A DNA stretch of 64,000 bases, taken from contig NC_081331.1 of assembly GCF_022539665.2 (NCBI RefSeq), forward strand, positions 5,270,001-5,334,000, read 5' to 3'. The stretch's first letter is position 1. Every line of letters starts with the position of its first letter. Of the stretch, positions 26,150 to 38,800 are shown piece by piece. Source of the DNA: Daphnia carinata (lineage: Eukaryota). The translations under genes and the position numbers were made by a program. The notes beneath the pieces were generated by a model that saw nothing but the letters and a program-made list of their open reading frames with translations, ran no database searches and was not told the DNA's origin.

Positions 26150-29100
26150 TTAGTATTTTGATGCAGATTTCAGCTCATAGTCTGAAAAACCATTATACTG
26201 CGAAGTTTTACTAGTGGAGTCTGAAGGATCACTATACTGCGGAGTTTTACTAGTGGAGATTGATTTATGTTCCCCAAATCCGTGAGAGAACTCAAACCAT
26301 AATGTACGTGCATACCTCTCCCGAAAAACAAAGAAGACAAAAATTGCAAATCCTTGCAGTGAGTTGAAGATGCAAAAGAGATAGGCAAAGACGAGCCTAG
26401 CGTCTCCAATTGATAAGAATCCAAATACCCAGGCCAGACCCAACAGGAAAAAAATGCAAACAGCCATCCGAAACTCATACCACGAGCGCGTCGTCATCGA
26501 TTGTGTAGTTCTCAAGTTTGATCGAATACGTAAGCAAATGACACTCTTGAGGATACAAACGAAAATCATAATATTGAACAGAAGAATAATAGATACTGGA
26601 GTCAAGACAGCTATGTAAAATGTTTCGAGCTTTATCCAACAAAAATTGTCGTCACCTGCATACTGATTGGGGTCGTATATGAAAATCCCCAAAACGGGTA
26701 ATATAGGAAGACCCCAAGCAAGCGGACTAGCCTTCCGCATGAAACGTGATTTGTAATTTTGAGCTCCAATAATTACCACGTAATTTAGGTACTGATAAAT
26801 TCCTTCCACCACCATCCATGCAAAACAAGCCAAAAGGAAGTAGTGCATAGATGCAGCGGTAGTTTTGCACATTCTGGAATCAAACTTTACCAAACCAGCG
26901 CAAAGGAAACATCCCGTAAAGCAAAATAGAGCCAAGCAGAAATTAAAAAGAATTTTGTTACCAAGAGATTTTCGCCATTTTCTAAACAGCAAAAATGTCA
27001 GTATCACGAGGGAAAGACCAACCATCGAGGCAATGCATCCTATCACAGAAATTAGACTAAGGGCAAGCCAGTGGCCGTAATCCATCGTTTGTTCTTTATC
27101 AAAATAAGGAAATAATAAAGCTAGTGGAGTTAGATGATTGCACTCGCAAATGTACAGATCCTGGCTTCTACCGACGTACTGACATCCGAACGAAGACCAA
27201 CCTCCCGATATGGACGAGAACTTATCCCAAAAGACACACACTGGTTGGACTGATAGATTGTGTCGAGATCGTGAGCGGAAAAAAATTCGAATACTTTGGT
27301 TCAAGTTGGAAATGACGGAATCACCTACTTGGGCTACGATAATTGGGCTATCCACGACCAAGGACATAGATGCATTATTGTTCGAAAGAGCAGTGACTGG
27401 ACGAGCATCAAAGATGTCAGCATTGGAAAGTACGCTGAAAGAAAGCGTTAAACTAGTGGCATTGCTGAGTCCTTCTCTTCTGCGAATTTCATCCATAGGC
27501 AAAATAATGGCGATATCCCTATGCACAAGCTCTTCCGCAAAGTTGCTTTCAATCTTGTTCTGTAGAATTTGTGACACGTTTTGAATATCCAAGTTGTCTT
27601 TTCCTCCCAGATTGGCGCCATACCCCACTACATTCCACGGATCCCTGATAGATTCAGTTACCATTTTCGGATGATGGAATATCACGCTATCCTGTTCTTT
27701 TGGTACGTTAACGTGGCTCATTACCCGTTCCAGGCTATTCACCAAAGAGTTTGATACTCCTGGTAAAGACTGTGCTAGCTCAAGTTGATTCGGTGAAGTT
27801 AGCATCTGTTAGAAGAAAATAGTGCTTTTAATTCAACGCTATTCTTTGATGTCAAGAATCAAATAATAAATCAATCAAAAATGGTAAATATTCTACTTAC
27901 AGCAGTTAATGTTTGTGAAACATCTTGAAATTCTTGCACCGAAGGCTGCTGAATACGCTGTACACTAGCGTGAAGGAGGCGAGCAGCTTCAACGAATTCC
28001 ACTCCGGTTGGAACATTATTACTGGCATCGTTGTTTTCGTCTGTCCATCGGGTCCCAGCAATTTCAGCCAATGTAACCAAAGCTCCAGACGGGCTAGTAT
28101 TGTTGGTAAAAACGTCGTCTGTCAGTTGACGTAGTTTTGTCAGTACATTCGTTGCTTCTCTGCAGGTACCGTTATGGAACTGCAGTGATTCATTCTTTAG
28201 GAGAAATTACGAAAGTTATTAGTAAAAAAATGCGTTTAAAAAGTAGTAAACCATTTTACAGTAAAAGGCTCCCAGAAGGCTCCGGTATTGTGAGTGCCTA
28301 AACATTTTCGTAAAATGGGAAAGCCATCCCCAGCTTCACAGGGGTTTAAGGATTCTCTCGTGAAACCAATGGGTGATGTAACCCATGTTATATTGAACAG
28401 CTTTGAAGTTCCAAACGCTGTTGAAGTTTCTTCCTGACACGCGTCCGAAGCACGAACATAAAGTACTTCATAGTGATAGCCTTCTTCCGCTGGTTGATTA
28501 AGGAATTCATTCTTCGCAATTTCTGGCCAGCTTAAAAGTGGAATTGATGAAATGTTAGTGATTACCATTCGTACTAGAAGTTGAGTTTTATTTTTAATGC
28601 TCCATCGCCGATGACCTGTAACTAGTACGGTGGTTCCGTTGGTGCCCAACCTTTCTAAACGCCTACTTACGTCTGCTAGAGGATCAGGTGAGAAATTTAT
28701 CGAATTATTTTTCTTTTCGGTTTCAACTTGGGGGCTGTCTAGCAGCATCACGTATATGTAAGAGTTCGTGGGGCGTAGGACAATTATGGGCTCAGATCGA
28801 ACGAATCGACGTGGCCAGCCAACCCAACCTTCGCAATTAAAAGTATTTGCTTTTTTGAAACTTGGACGAAGGGAAAATTCAGCAGGAAAGAGACTGATGG
28901 TTTTAATCGGTTGTCCGTCTAGATAGCACCTCATGTCCATTCCTACATTTACTGCCGGTAAACTATCAGTGATCCACGGTCTCCAGCCCTGAGAAAAGAA
29001 TTGTGACAAATTGCCAAAGAATTGTGGAGTCGGAGTCCGGTACATTTCCTGGCTTGATTCGACTCGTATAATGTCATTGTTATCAGAACGTACTCTGATA

Positions 29101-32081
29101 TTCTGGATCACATTCAAGTAGATCACAGCCTGACAAAGGACTTGATAACGAAGTTCTGAGTTTTGGGGTAATAAATTCCAGGATTCCTCCATTACGCCAT
29201 AGTGACCAGCTGTCCAATTGGTAGACGGATGCCAATTGAAGTCTTCAAACAAGCAGTCGATCTCGAAATTCTCCCAGCAAAATTTTTTTTTAGCTTCTGA
29301 CCATGACAAACCGATCCAGGCCGATTTTAGTTCGGAAAATTGTTTGCTATTTCGCGCGACATTCCACGCATGGACTTTGCCACCATGCTCAAACGTGGCC
29401 ATGGAAACATTAGCTGTTGTTCCATTGTTCTCAAGATGGCATGTTTGGTACGCCTGTTTCCAATCCATGGGCGCCTCGCTTTGAACGAGGCGAAAGCAGG
29501 TCAGTCGACCTTGCTCAATTACGTAGCCATTCCAAGGGGATGGGCACAAGTTTATGGATGCATACGATGAGACGGTAAGGCTAGGTCGATAAGCACAGAC
29601 ACCCGGTATCGCCTTTTGGGTACAGGAGGATACTTTGTTTTCAGAAGTAGTTCCAGCAGTTTTGTTCTGAGTAAGTAGTACGCATTCATCTTCATCTATC
29701 AGACCTCTCCAGGTTTCGATTTCAGCCGTCCAGGTTATGCTTTCAGGGGCTTTTTTTTTTAAGACAAGAAGAAATTAACGAATACCGATGAATTTGCACA
29801 AAGATCTAGGAAGCTTACCATAGTTAACTGACGAATAATAAAGGAAAGGTCCGTAAACGGAAGATCGACGAACAGGAAGCCACATCTCTTGATCATTTTT
29901 AGCCCCCTGCAGGTGCTTAACTAGAGAATGGTGGGTAGTGTAGTTTATAGCTTCTGTGTCATTTAAGGGCCATTCGTTCATGCAGACAGCCATAGTTTCA
30001 TTCCAAGATCCGCTTTCTGTAACTTTAAAGCACAGTTGCATACTCTCCATCCACTGGTAATCATGTCTACAACGAGTCTCGTGTTCTGTGATGAACCGTG
30101 CACATTTCTTTTCAATCAGAACGATAAATAGTTAATTCCACTATTTAGATATCAATAGTATTAGCGATAAGATACCTTTACGTTAAGCGATGTTAATGAT
30201 GCACCTTGCGAAAATTCTGGTAAACATTGCCGGGTTAACAGTTCTGCGCGGTTGTTTTCATAAACACACAAGGTCTTTCCGCTGATCGGGTGGAAAACTG
30301 GAGCGGGCCAAGAAGGCGGCCAAAACAACTCATTTGAAGTGTTAGGAGCGGAAATTGTAACTTTTTCTCGAGGGCAGTAAGTTGCCCATTGGACAGTAAT
30401 ATTCTCAACTTGCAACTGACTACGTAGCTGTGAACTGTTACCGACTTTTTCACTGATAACGTCTAAGCAGTGGTACAAGGTTGTGTCCTGGATATAAAAA
30501 AAAATAAATGTAAATTAACTAAATATGCGAGAACAACCCAGTCAAAATATATTTTTGGTTGTAAATTATAATAGTAGTTGCACGGTATTCTCGTGTCGTA
30601 CGAAATTTCTTACCGGGTATTGTATAGCAATGTCAACGTACAACGAACATCGATATTCTATTACACCTGATCTGAGGTGTTGAGAATATAATGGATCCCA
30701 GGAGGTTACAACGTCTTTAAGTTTTAAATGATTACCGAGAACGATCTGTCAAAAAAGAGATAACTAATTAAAGAAAACCTATGCTGGAATTAAATTAACA
30801 AACTATTAGTAGCTGCTTCCACAAGTTACCTCGTGGATGAAATCTCGCACGTTTCCCATAATGTTGTCAATGTTCACGGAATTATTTGTTATATTGGACA
30901 CGGTTATTGAAACGATCCCATTCAGCACTCTGCGATATGTTACAATTATTGCATTTGATGTCGTTACCTCCACGGCGCCAAACTCTTTAACCTGGCATTG
31001 GTAAGTCCCTTGCTTTTGGTAAATGGAGTGCGTGCCTCCGTCCGAAACCGATTTGCTCTTGTCGTGAACCAATGCAGGGATTAAGACCTATATGTTCATC
31101 ACAAGTTCATTATTATTTAATTATTCAGTTTCAGATTTACTCTGAAGCACACCTTTTGGTATTGTCTCAAGAAAACGCCATCCTTGATCCAGGAATACTC
31201 CAACTTCCTAGTCCCATTATAAGTAACCTTACATCTGAGCATCAAATTTGTTTCATTTCGATCAACTTCCAGGTGATTCGTGACGATTCTCTGTTGAAAG
31301 CTTTTCTGATCCGCCTCCAGTTTAACTCGGATAACCCTTCGTGGGAGTTCTTTAAAAAATTGCTAATTCATCACTCTGGAATATGAGAATGCAATTTGGC
31401 GTAACATCGAATCTTGGTGATATCACTTACCGAGATTGTTGCGCTCGTTTTTCCTGTTGATACTGATGGCACATATAAAAGGAAATGTACTATTGCAATC
31501 TACAGATTCGTACAGCATCCGGTGGTTAACAACAACGCAGTCCCGTTTGGGGAACCACTGAAGTAACGGATGTCCTGGTACCCATTCAGATGGAGCGATT
31601 GGTAGGAATTCTAGACCATCGATAATGTCCATAATGTGTAAATTTTTTTCAAAACATTATGTATCCTCAGAGTACAATAAATGGTTCAATAAGGGAGGGA
31701 TAATTGACTTACCCGGTTGGTGATGAAGGAATTGAAAACGGTGGTTAATTCGATGGAGACTAGACCACATTCGACCACTAGCGAAGCTAATATTCACGGA
31801 AGACATCCATTCTTCGATGTACTATATGTAGAAGATCATGGTAAAACCTAGGTTACTATAAAAATCGTGTTGCAATAAAGGATGTTTCTTACAGCGGAAT
31901 ACTCGGAAGAGACGAGCGACCCTCCCGTTTGTGTGCAATCAGTGTATGCAGTAATCCAATTTGATGGAATTGTCCGGGACCAGAAACAGAACCGCTGATC
32001 ATTTCCACAATTAAAATCTTGTGCATTGGCTTCACACAACATGAGAATAGCGAAAACAGCGACCTGTATGCGAGAAATCAT
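26150..32081 (-). CDS. Adhesion GPCR with signal peptide, several C-type-lectin-like modules, GAIN/GPS and family-B 7TM
   Basis: Signal peptide MISRIQVAVFAILMLCEANA. Lectin-like segments: CFW...NWITAYTDC...GGSLVS; CFKV...SWNETMAVC...MWLP; CPSPW...CFRLV...MDWKQAYQTC...AWIGL. GPS motif CVFWD...GGWSSFGC...CECNHL|T. Seven hydrophobic helices in ORF 26150-27805. Confidence 0.92.
26195..26258 (-). repeat. 36-bp imperfect tandem duplication in the GPCR cytoplasmic tail (STSKTPQY / STSKTSQY)
   Basis: atactgcg(a/g)agttttactagtggag occurs twice, 36 bp apart. Confidence 0.85.
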
Positions 32082-32880
32082 CTTGAAAAACTGTAATTTT
32101 ACGAAATTTTTTCCTGAGTCCCGCAACAGTTTCCGCTACGCCACAGGAAAACCGGGAAAACAGAGAGACGTCACATCCTTGTGCTAGAGACGTGCCATTG
32201 GTGTGAGAAGGGGTAACGCGTCCGTGTGTAACTATAAATATTTCATTGGTCAGCGTGACAGAACAGCATTGTTGAATTTACGTAATTTGTGGACGTAAGA
32301 CGTCTCATACTTGAGGAATAGTACGTAACGACCAAGTAACTACAATATAAGGACTAGATGGACATTGTTTCGAAATTTTCATTCGTTTTCCTTGCTTGAT
32401 TGTAACGTACATAATGATTCTTTGAGCCTCTTCACTTTGCCTTGCATATCGTCAATTCTAGGGAGCAAAAACTGACATAAGATAGTTACAGATTTAAAAA
32501 ATGTTAAGCAACAGGTAGCAAGTACCCACTAATGAAGTGATCTCTCCAACGACTTGGCAGCTGGTAACTCGATACAAGGTTGTCGCAATCTCGAAAATCT
32601 TTTTGTTATGGCTACGCTCCGGCAATGCTGCAAATAAAGTTTGAACTGACGAATGACGGTTTAATTTAGTTCTCTAGGTTCTATTAAAAACGAGTAGTCG
32701 TCTCTTTGTCATAAACTTGGTCAGTGGCAATTGTTTCATTTAGTCTTCTGCGAAAGCGTAACGGTAAAAAAGAAATTTTCAGTATATATCATTCACTTTA
32801 AGTGACACAAATGAATCTGCTTTAGGAAAAAATTTGTAATTATAGAACCTACTTATTCCTACACATTCGTCGACCACGTC

Positions 32881-35800
32881 ATGGAAATTGGAGACGAAAA
32901 CCTGCCTCCATCTGTTAATTCAGTAACAAAAACAGAAAGTTTAGTTTATGCAATGCCTCGTTCTCCAGGAGCAGTGAGATCAGTCTTAGTTGCTGTCAAC
33001 ACATCTGTTAATGAGGCCAAAAGTATCAACGATTTGGTGAGTTTAAAGATGATGTTACTTTTGTCTAGAAACATAATCTTAACAAGTAAAATATTTTTTT
33101 CTCTTGATAAGTCAGTCAGTATGACGTCATATCAATATAACTATTGCAGTATTGATAAGAGTTGTTGTCATAGAGTAGGTTAAGAGTAAAAGCCGATAGA
33201 TTATGGTTTAAGATAAGAGTTTTATTATTCCTGCTATTATTGGCAAAACCTTTTGCACCATTCATCATGATGTCATCAAGTAAATTTTATTGGAGTTGGA
33301 AAAAGTCCTTTAAATAGTAAAATTTTTCATCAATGATCAACGTAACAGCGGTGGCGCTAGTCGTTAGGATGACTCCGGAACGTTCACGTCTGGTGAATGG
33401 TGAAAGTGGTTGGTAGGCGTGTATTGTTTACGTTCCGACTCGTGTCTGTGTCTGTTCGGTTCATTTCTGTCCATTTTCTTTAAAAGTATCGACTTTCATC
33501 CAACAGAACGTTGTTTGCAGTTTGTTAAGTAAGTAATCTTAATATTTTGTTGACAGCAGAACCACAGTTAAGCATACGGTCTATATCTGAATATATGACG
33601 TCATTGCAGTAGAATGAATTGGTACGACCAGTTACGTTGTACACCTGAAGGTTCCGTCTGTTGGTGATGCAAGTTAGAATTTATACTATTTTTTCATATT
33701 CTGGTTTTTCTTGTATAATGTCTTCAGCAGTCATTAGGTATTGTCCACTTTGTCACCACATTTATAAGAATTTATTTTATTTTTATTGATAGATAGAAAA
33801 GCTCAAAAACATTGATATCATTGTTCTGTTGGTAACAATAGTGCAATGTGATAACAATGGCAAACATTGAACAATCATATTTTCAGAATCTTAGTACAAG
33901 CAGATAAGGTAAACAATACTAATATAGAAGAACTATTTCGATTATTGATCAGTAAATCCCGAGTCTGCGCTGTCGTGACACGAAGACCAACGCAGATTTT
34001 GTTTTTTGCACTCGACCAGTGACAACATCAAATCCTACCAGCAAAGATTTAGTTGTAAAATGTTGCCCTGCAGCTAGGTATTAGTATATTTTTAGTCCTG
34101 AAACAATTTCCGGCGGTTGCGGATGGATATTTTGAGTTTCCGGTGTGGCGAGGCCACTAAACAACAGGGTCGTAAATCGCATTATGGGCAACATCCTATG
34201 GGTAAGGATGTCGATTGCATATTGCATTGCTACTTTTTATTTTTACAATTTTATTGACTTTAGTTTTAACTTGTACATGGCTTTGTATGAGAACATCACC
34301 ATCCTTGTTTATTGTTCTTTTGTTTGCACAATGGAGACTAGGCCAGACCAATTTTTTTTCATCTTATAGAATCAAGGACGTAGTTCAAAGTTCGAACACT
34401 TGATGTCGCCCATTGCCGATCATATTTTGTGAGATCACAGCGGAGGAAACGTCCTCGAGGGGTTAAACTCGTTATACTAGTGATGGTACACATTCTCATC
34501 ATTCTCGTCCCTCATTCCGTAGTTAAGAGAATCTCAGTCTGCATGTCGAGTGATGCTGTTGTCAAGGCTGATCCGTCGTGTCACAGATCGCAGATTTTTC
34601 GCTCTATTTAGTCACGCAATGCAATTCTCTTAGTTTTCAAAGACATTTGGCAGTTTCAGCGCGTTGCCAAAAGGATGAATTTCGTCCGCAAATGGCTTCA
34701 GGTATTTAGTGTTTTGGGTGTTTTCTATAGTGTTTTGTGTTATCGTACCAGCTGTTCAGAACTCTGATGGGGGCTTGATTCAAGCAGCCCTCCAAGTGCA
34801 AGCTAAGTGAAGCCCAAATGATGTTTGTTGTTCTTGTTCCATAACCCTATATTGGGCTTTAGTTGATTGCAGGAATGTCGGGAAGGAACGTGCCTGGAAG
34901 CGTTCATAAGTTTGCCTATTTTTGGAGAACTCAGTTAAAAACAACGGAGATCCATGAAAAAAAAACGGGGGGGGGGGAGTAGAAGATAATAGCCACGTAG
35001 TAACTATATTGCAGTCGACCATCTCTTGGCCCTTGGGGCCAAGCGACGTGATCCGACTAAACAAAAAGAAACTGCTGTTTTATTCTTTTTTTAAATGTTT
35101 TTTTTTTTATCCATGGAAAGTCATTGTATTTCGTCATTTCCAGGGTTCGGGGGCTGCCGAGGAAGAGAAATGCGAAGCGGTTACCACGGACCTGGAAGCA
35201 GAGGCCTGGTCTGAACGGACGGCCGTTATTACCCGATACGACCATGAGACGCATTGCAATTTGGCTCGTGGATTTTATTGCGGATCTAGCCGACAAAGTC
35301 GTTGAAGAAAGTTGGAAACAACCTGACCAAACGAAAGAAAATTCCAATTCGCTGCATTTGAAGAAACAGAAACTTTTTTTGCCCGATTTGGTGCCCAGTG
35401 TTGCCACTTCTCGGCCTCTCACCGACACAGTCTCGGAATCGGACGAATACGAAAGCGCTGACGAACAGCCGCAGCTTCAAAGTATGTAATAATACTTTTC
35501 ACTTCAACAATCGTTAAAACATATGTTTGTTGTTTGTTTTTTAAAGACACACTTTATCTGGATTCAACTGTCAATCCGTCGACGACCTTTGACGCATCCA
35601 CGCCCATTGACACACCTGGTTGGCATCTGGATTTTGATTCCTCACGCGTTGCTCCAGTGGGCGATGTCACCGTTGATGCTAGTCTAAAAGACTATTCGTT
35701 GCCATCCGTAGATACAGCACCAGAGAGTTTGTCCCAAGAACCTCCAGCGCTACGGGAAGAAACGGATGGATTGGGAGCAATTGCAAATTTCCCTGCCAGA

Positions 35801-38800
35801 TCATCGCAGCCATTTTCACCTTCGTCAGGTTCCGACGTTGATGTCTCAGTTGTAGATTCTGAAGCAGACACGCTTGCAGCAGTGACACCTAACAATCCGA
35901 CGAACGAAGTGGATGTTGATTTAATTAACCAGTTCGAACGTTTAGTGCTTTCAAAGCAAGTGTTATCTAAACATTCACCGGCTACACCAACATTGAACAC
36001 AACTTTTCCGTTGAACGACGAAGACGAAAACACGCCAATTGTTGCTGTGAATCAAACTGTTTCGTCTGTTAACGAGGAGAAAGATAATAGTATTCTCCCG
36101 GCGAACGTAACTCAAGACATCTTATCAACGACTCGGGACCTTTCTGCTGTCAATCCAGACGATTCTGAATTTACTTCGCTCGTCGATCAGTCCGAGCAGA
36201 GCTCATTTGCAGATCTGAAAGGTCCACAAAAGACCAAAAATTTAGTAAGCGACCAGCAAATCGTAGAGAAGCAAACTACTCAAATTACTGAAGGGGAAGA
36301 AGCCGCAAGCGACACAAGAGAAGGACACCCTGTAGTAGAAGAAGAAATAGATCCAGTGCCTGAAGAAGCGAAAGCCCCAGTTGGAGAAGAAGCAGTCGTC
36401 CAGTCCGATATAGAAGAAGCTAGCTCAGTTGCCGTAGAACCAAGTGTGGGTGTCGTGGTGGAAACCGTTCCAGTCGTCGAAGAAGAAAGCATTTGTAAGG
36501 AGGAGTCCGCCATTATCGTGCAAAAAGAACCCGTTTCACTCACTGACAAAGAACTCGTTTCAGTCGCAGAAGAGGAATCTGTTCTGGTTGTAAAAGAAAA
36601 TCCCGTTCCAGTCGTAGAAGAAGAACCTGTTCCAGTCGTGCAAGAGAAACCCGTTCCAGTCGTAGAAGAAGGACCTGTTCCAGTCGTGCAAGAGGAACCC
36701 GTTCCAGTTGCAAAAGAAGAACCTGTTCCTGTCGTGGAAGAGGTGCCCGTTACAGTCGTAGAAGAGGAGCCCTTTCCAGTCTTAGAAGAGGAGCCCGTTC
36801 CAGTCTTAGAAGAGGAGCCCGTTCCAGTCTTAGAAGAGGAGCCCGTTCCAGTCTTAGAAGAGGAGCCCGTTCCAGTCTTAGAAGAGGAGCCCGTTCCAGT
36901 CTTAGAAGAGGAGCCCGTTCCAGTCTTAGAAGAGGAGCCCGTTCCAGTCTTAGAAGAGGAGCCCGTTCCAGTCTTAGAAGAGGAGCCCGTTCCAGTCTTA
37001 GAAGAGGAGCCCGTTCCAGTCTTAGAAGAGGAGCCCGTTCCAGTCTTAGAAGAGGAGCCCGTTCCAGTCTTAGAAGAGGAGCCCGTTCCAGTCTTAGAAG
37101 AGGAGCTCGTTCCAGTCTTAGAAGAGGAGCTCGTTCCAGTCGTAGAAGAGGTGCCCATTTCAGTCGTTGAAGAAGCGCCCGCTCCTGTTTTGGAAGTGGA
37201 ACCCGCTCCAGTCATCGAAAAGGAAAGCGTTTCGGTCGTAAAGGAGGAATTGCTTTCGGCTGGTGAAGAGAAAAGCGTTCCAGCTGAAGAAGAGAAAGCT
37301 ATCCCAGAAACTGAAAAAGAAATCGTTCCAGTTATTGCCGAAGAAACGGTTTCAGTTGCATCAGTTCTGGAACAAGAGTCTGTCGCAGCAACTGAAGAAT
37401 CCATCTCATCTGCTGAAAGAGATCTTGAGCAAATTATCGGAAACAAAACCACTTTAGTCCACGAAGAGCAAAACGTCGTTGGCGAGGAACAAAGTATAAT
37501 TAAAGAAAGGGCTCCGGCCATTGGAAGCCAGCCAGCAAGTTCGATTGAGAACAGCGACGCCGTAGAACCGGTAGATGTCAATAACAGTGACACCGGTCTA
37601 GCTGAAGGCGATTCTTCCTTTTCTTCCGCGGCTGAACAAACTGTCCTGAACGCAGCTGACAAGAGCAGCTCCATCGAAGGTAGTGAAATCCCTAGCGAAG
37701 ACATTCAGCCTTCCTCAGCTGTTGAAAACTCAGAATTTACATCGTCTCAAGACCCTGACACAAGCGTAGCGAAACCAACAAGTCTACCCGAAGAGAAGCC
37801 GATTGTACCTAAAAAAGGGTACGACCTCAGTTTTTTGGACCGCTTTGACGATCTAGAGAACGCCACACCATCCATTAGTCAAGCCAAACTCCTTCCACAG
37901 CTGTCGACCCCGATTACCGACTACTCTGCTTCCCCAGGTAAATTGCCCTCTATTTTTGTTTACCTGAAACAGGTGCCCATAATCGTCATAGTTGTCGATT
38001 GACATTCAAAAGAGTTGTACAGGAAATGCTAAAGTAAGGATAACATGCTAGTGGCGTTCCGTCAATATCTTGTTACATGCTCAAGGACGGTTAATGTTGT
38101 GGCCGAGGTCAGATTCATATGTTAATGAGTTGGCACCCCAAAAAAAGAAATACCTGTCAATCTTTTGATTACTACCATTAAAATAATCACATTTTTTTTT
38201 GTACTGTTGAAATTTTTGCTTTCTAGTTACAGAACAGCACTTCAAAACCGTTGAGATTGACAAAGATCAAGAGGTAGAAGTGGCTCAAACTATTGACACG
38301 ACATCCAACGTGGAAAGCGAAAAAGAAAATTTTGTTCCAGTGAATTCGCAAGGTAATAAAACAAATTAATCTGCTATCTTATGGATATTAATCGATTATT
38401 TTAGAATCCCAGCCAACGGAAGTGAGTACTCATAAAGAACCTGTCTTGGAAGATAAAGCAGCTGACGTTTCAGTACATACAAACCCAGAGCAAGAACGCG
38501 TTGAAGAAGAACCTCTGATTGTACCCAAAAAAGGTTACGATTTGAGCTTCTTGGACAACCTGGAAGACTTGGAAAACGCGGCGCCTCCCATCGTTGGCAA
38601 AGGTAAAAATTAACGGTACCGCTTTTGGTATTACAAAAACGTTCATTTACAAATTTCATGTCTAGGATCTCAAAAACCCAAAATGAAGGAAAATGTGTCA
38701 GCCAAAGACAATATAGCTGAACCAGCAGAAGAGCAGCCATCGCCAGACAGCAAACCAGAAAAACCTGCTGGTTCAAGCCCAACCAAAAAGGCGCCAGTTG

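Noticed and set aside
29590..29620. Suspected frameshift upstream of ORF 28236-29549 in the GPCR
   Set aside because: Re-reading gives a continuous frame (...SSCTQKAIPGVCAYRPS...). The ORF track simply starts at the first available start codon.
36761..37144. Regular short repeats as a possible CRISPR array
   Set aside because: The units abut with no unique spacers, lie in frame in a eukaryotic exon, and there are no cas genes.
36280..37704. 474-aa minus-strand ORF rich in SSSKTGTG
   Set aside because: Antisense shadow of the TACC EEEPVPVL repeat; the repeat has no stop in that frame.
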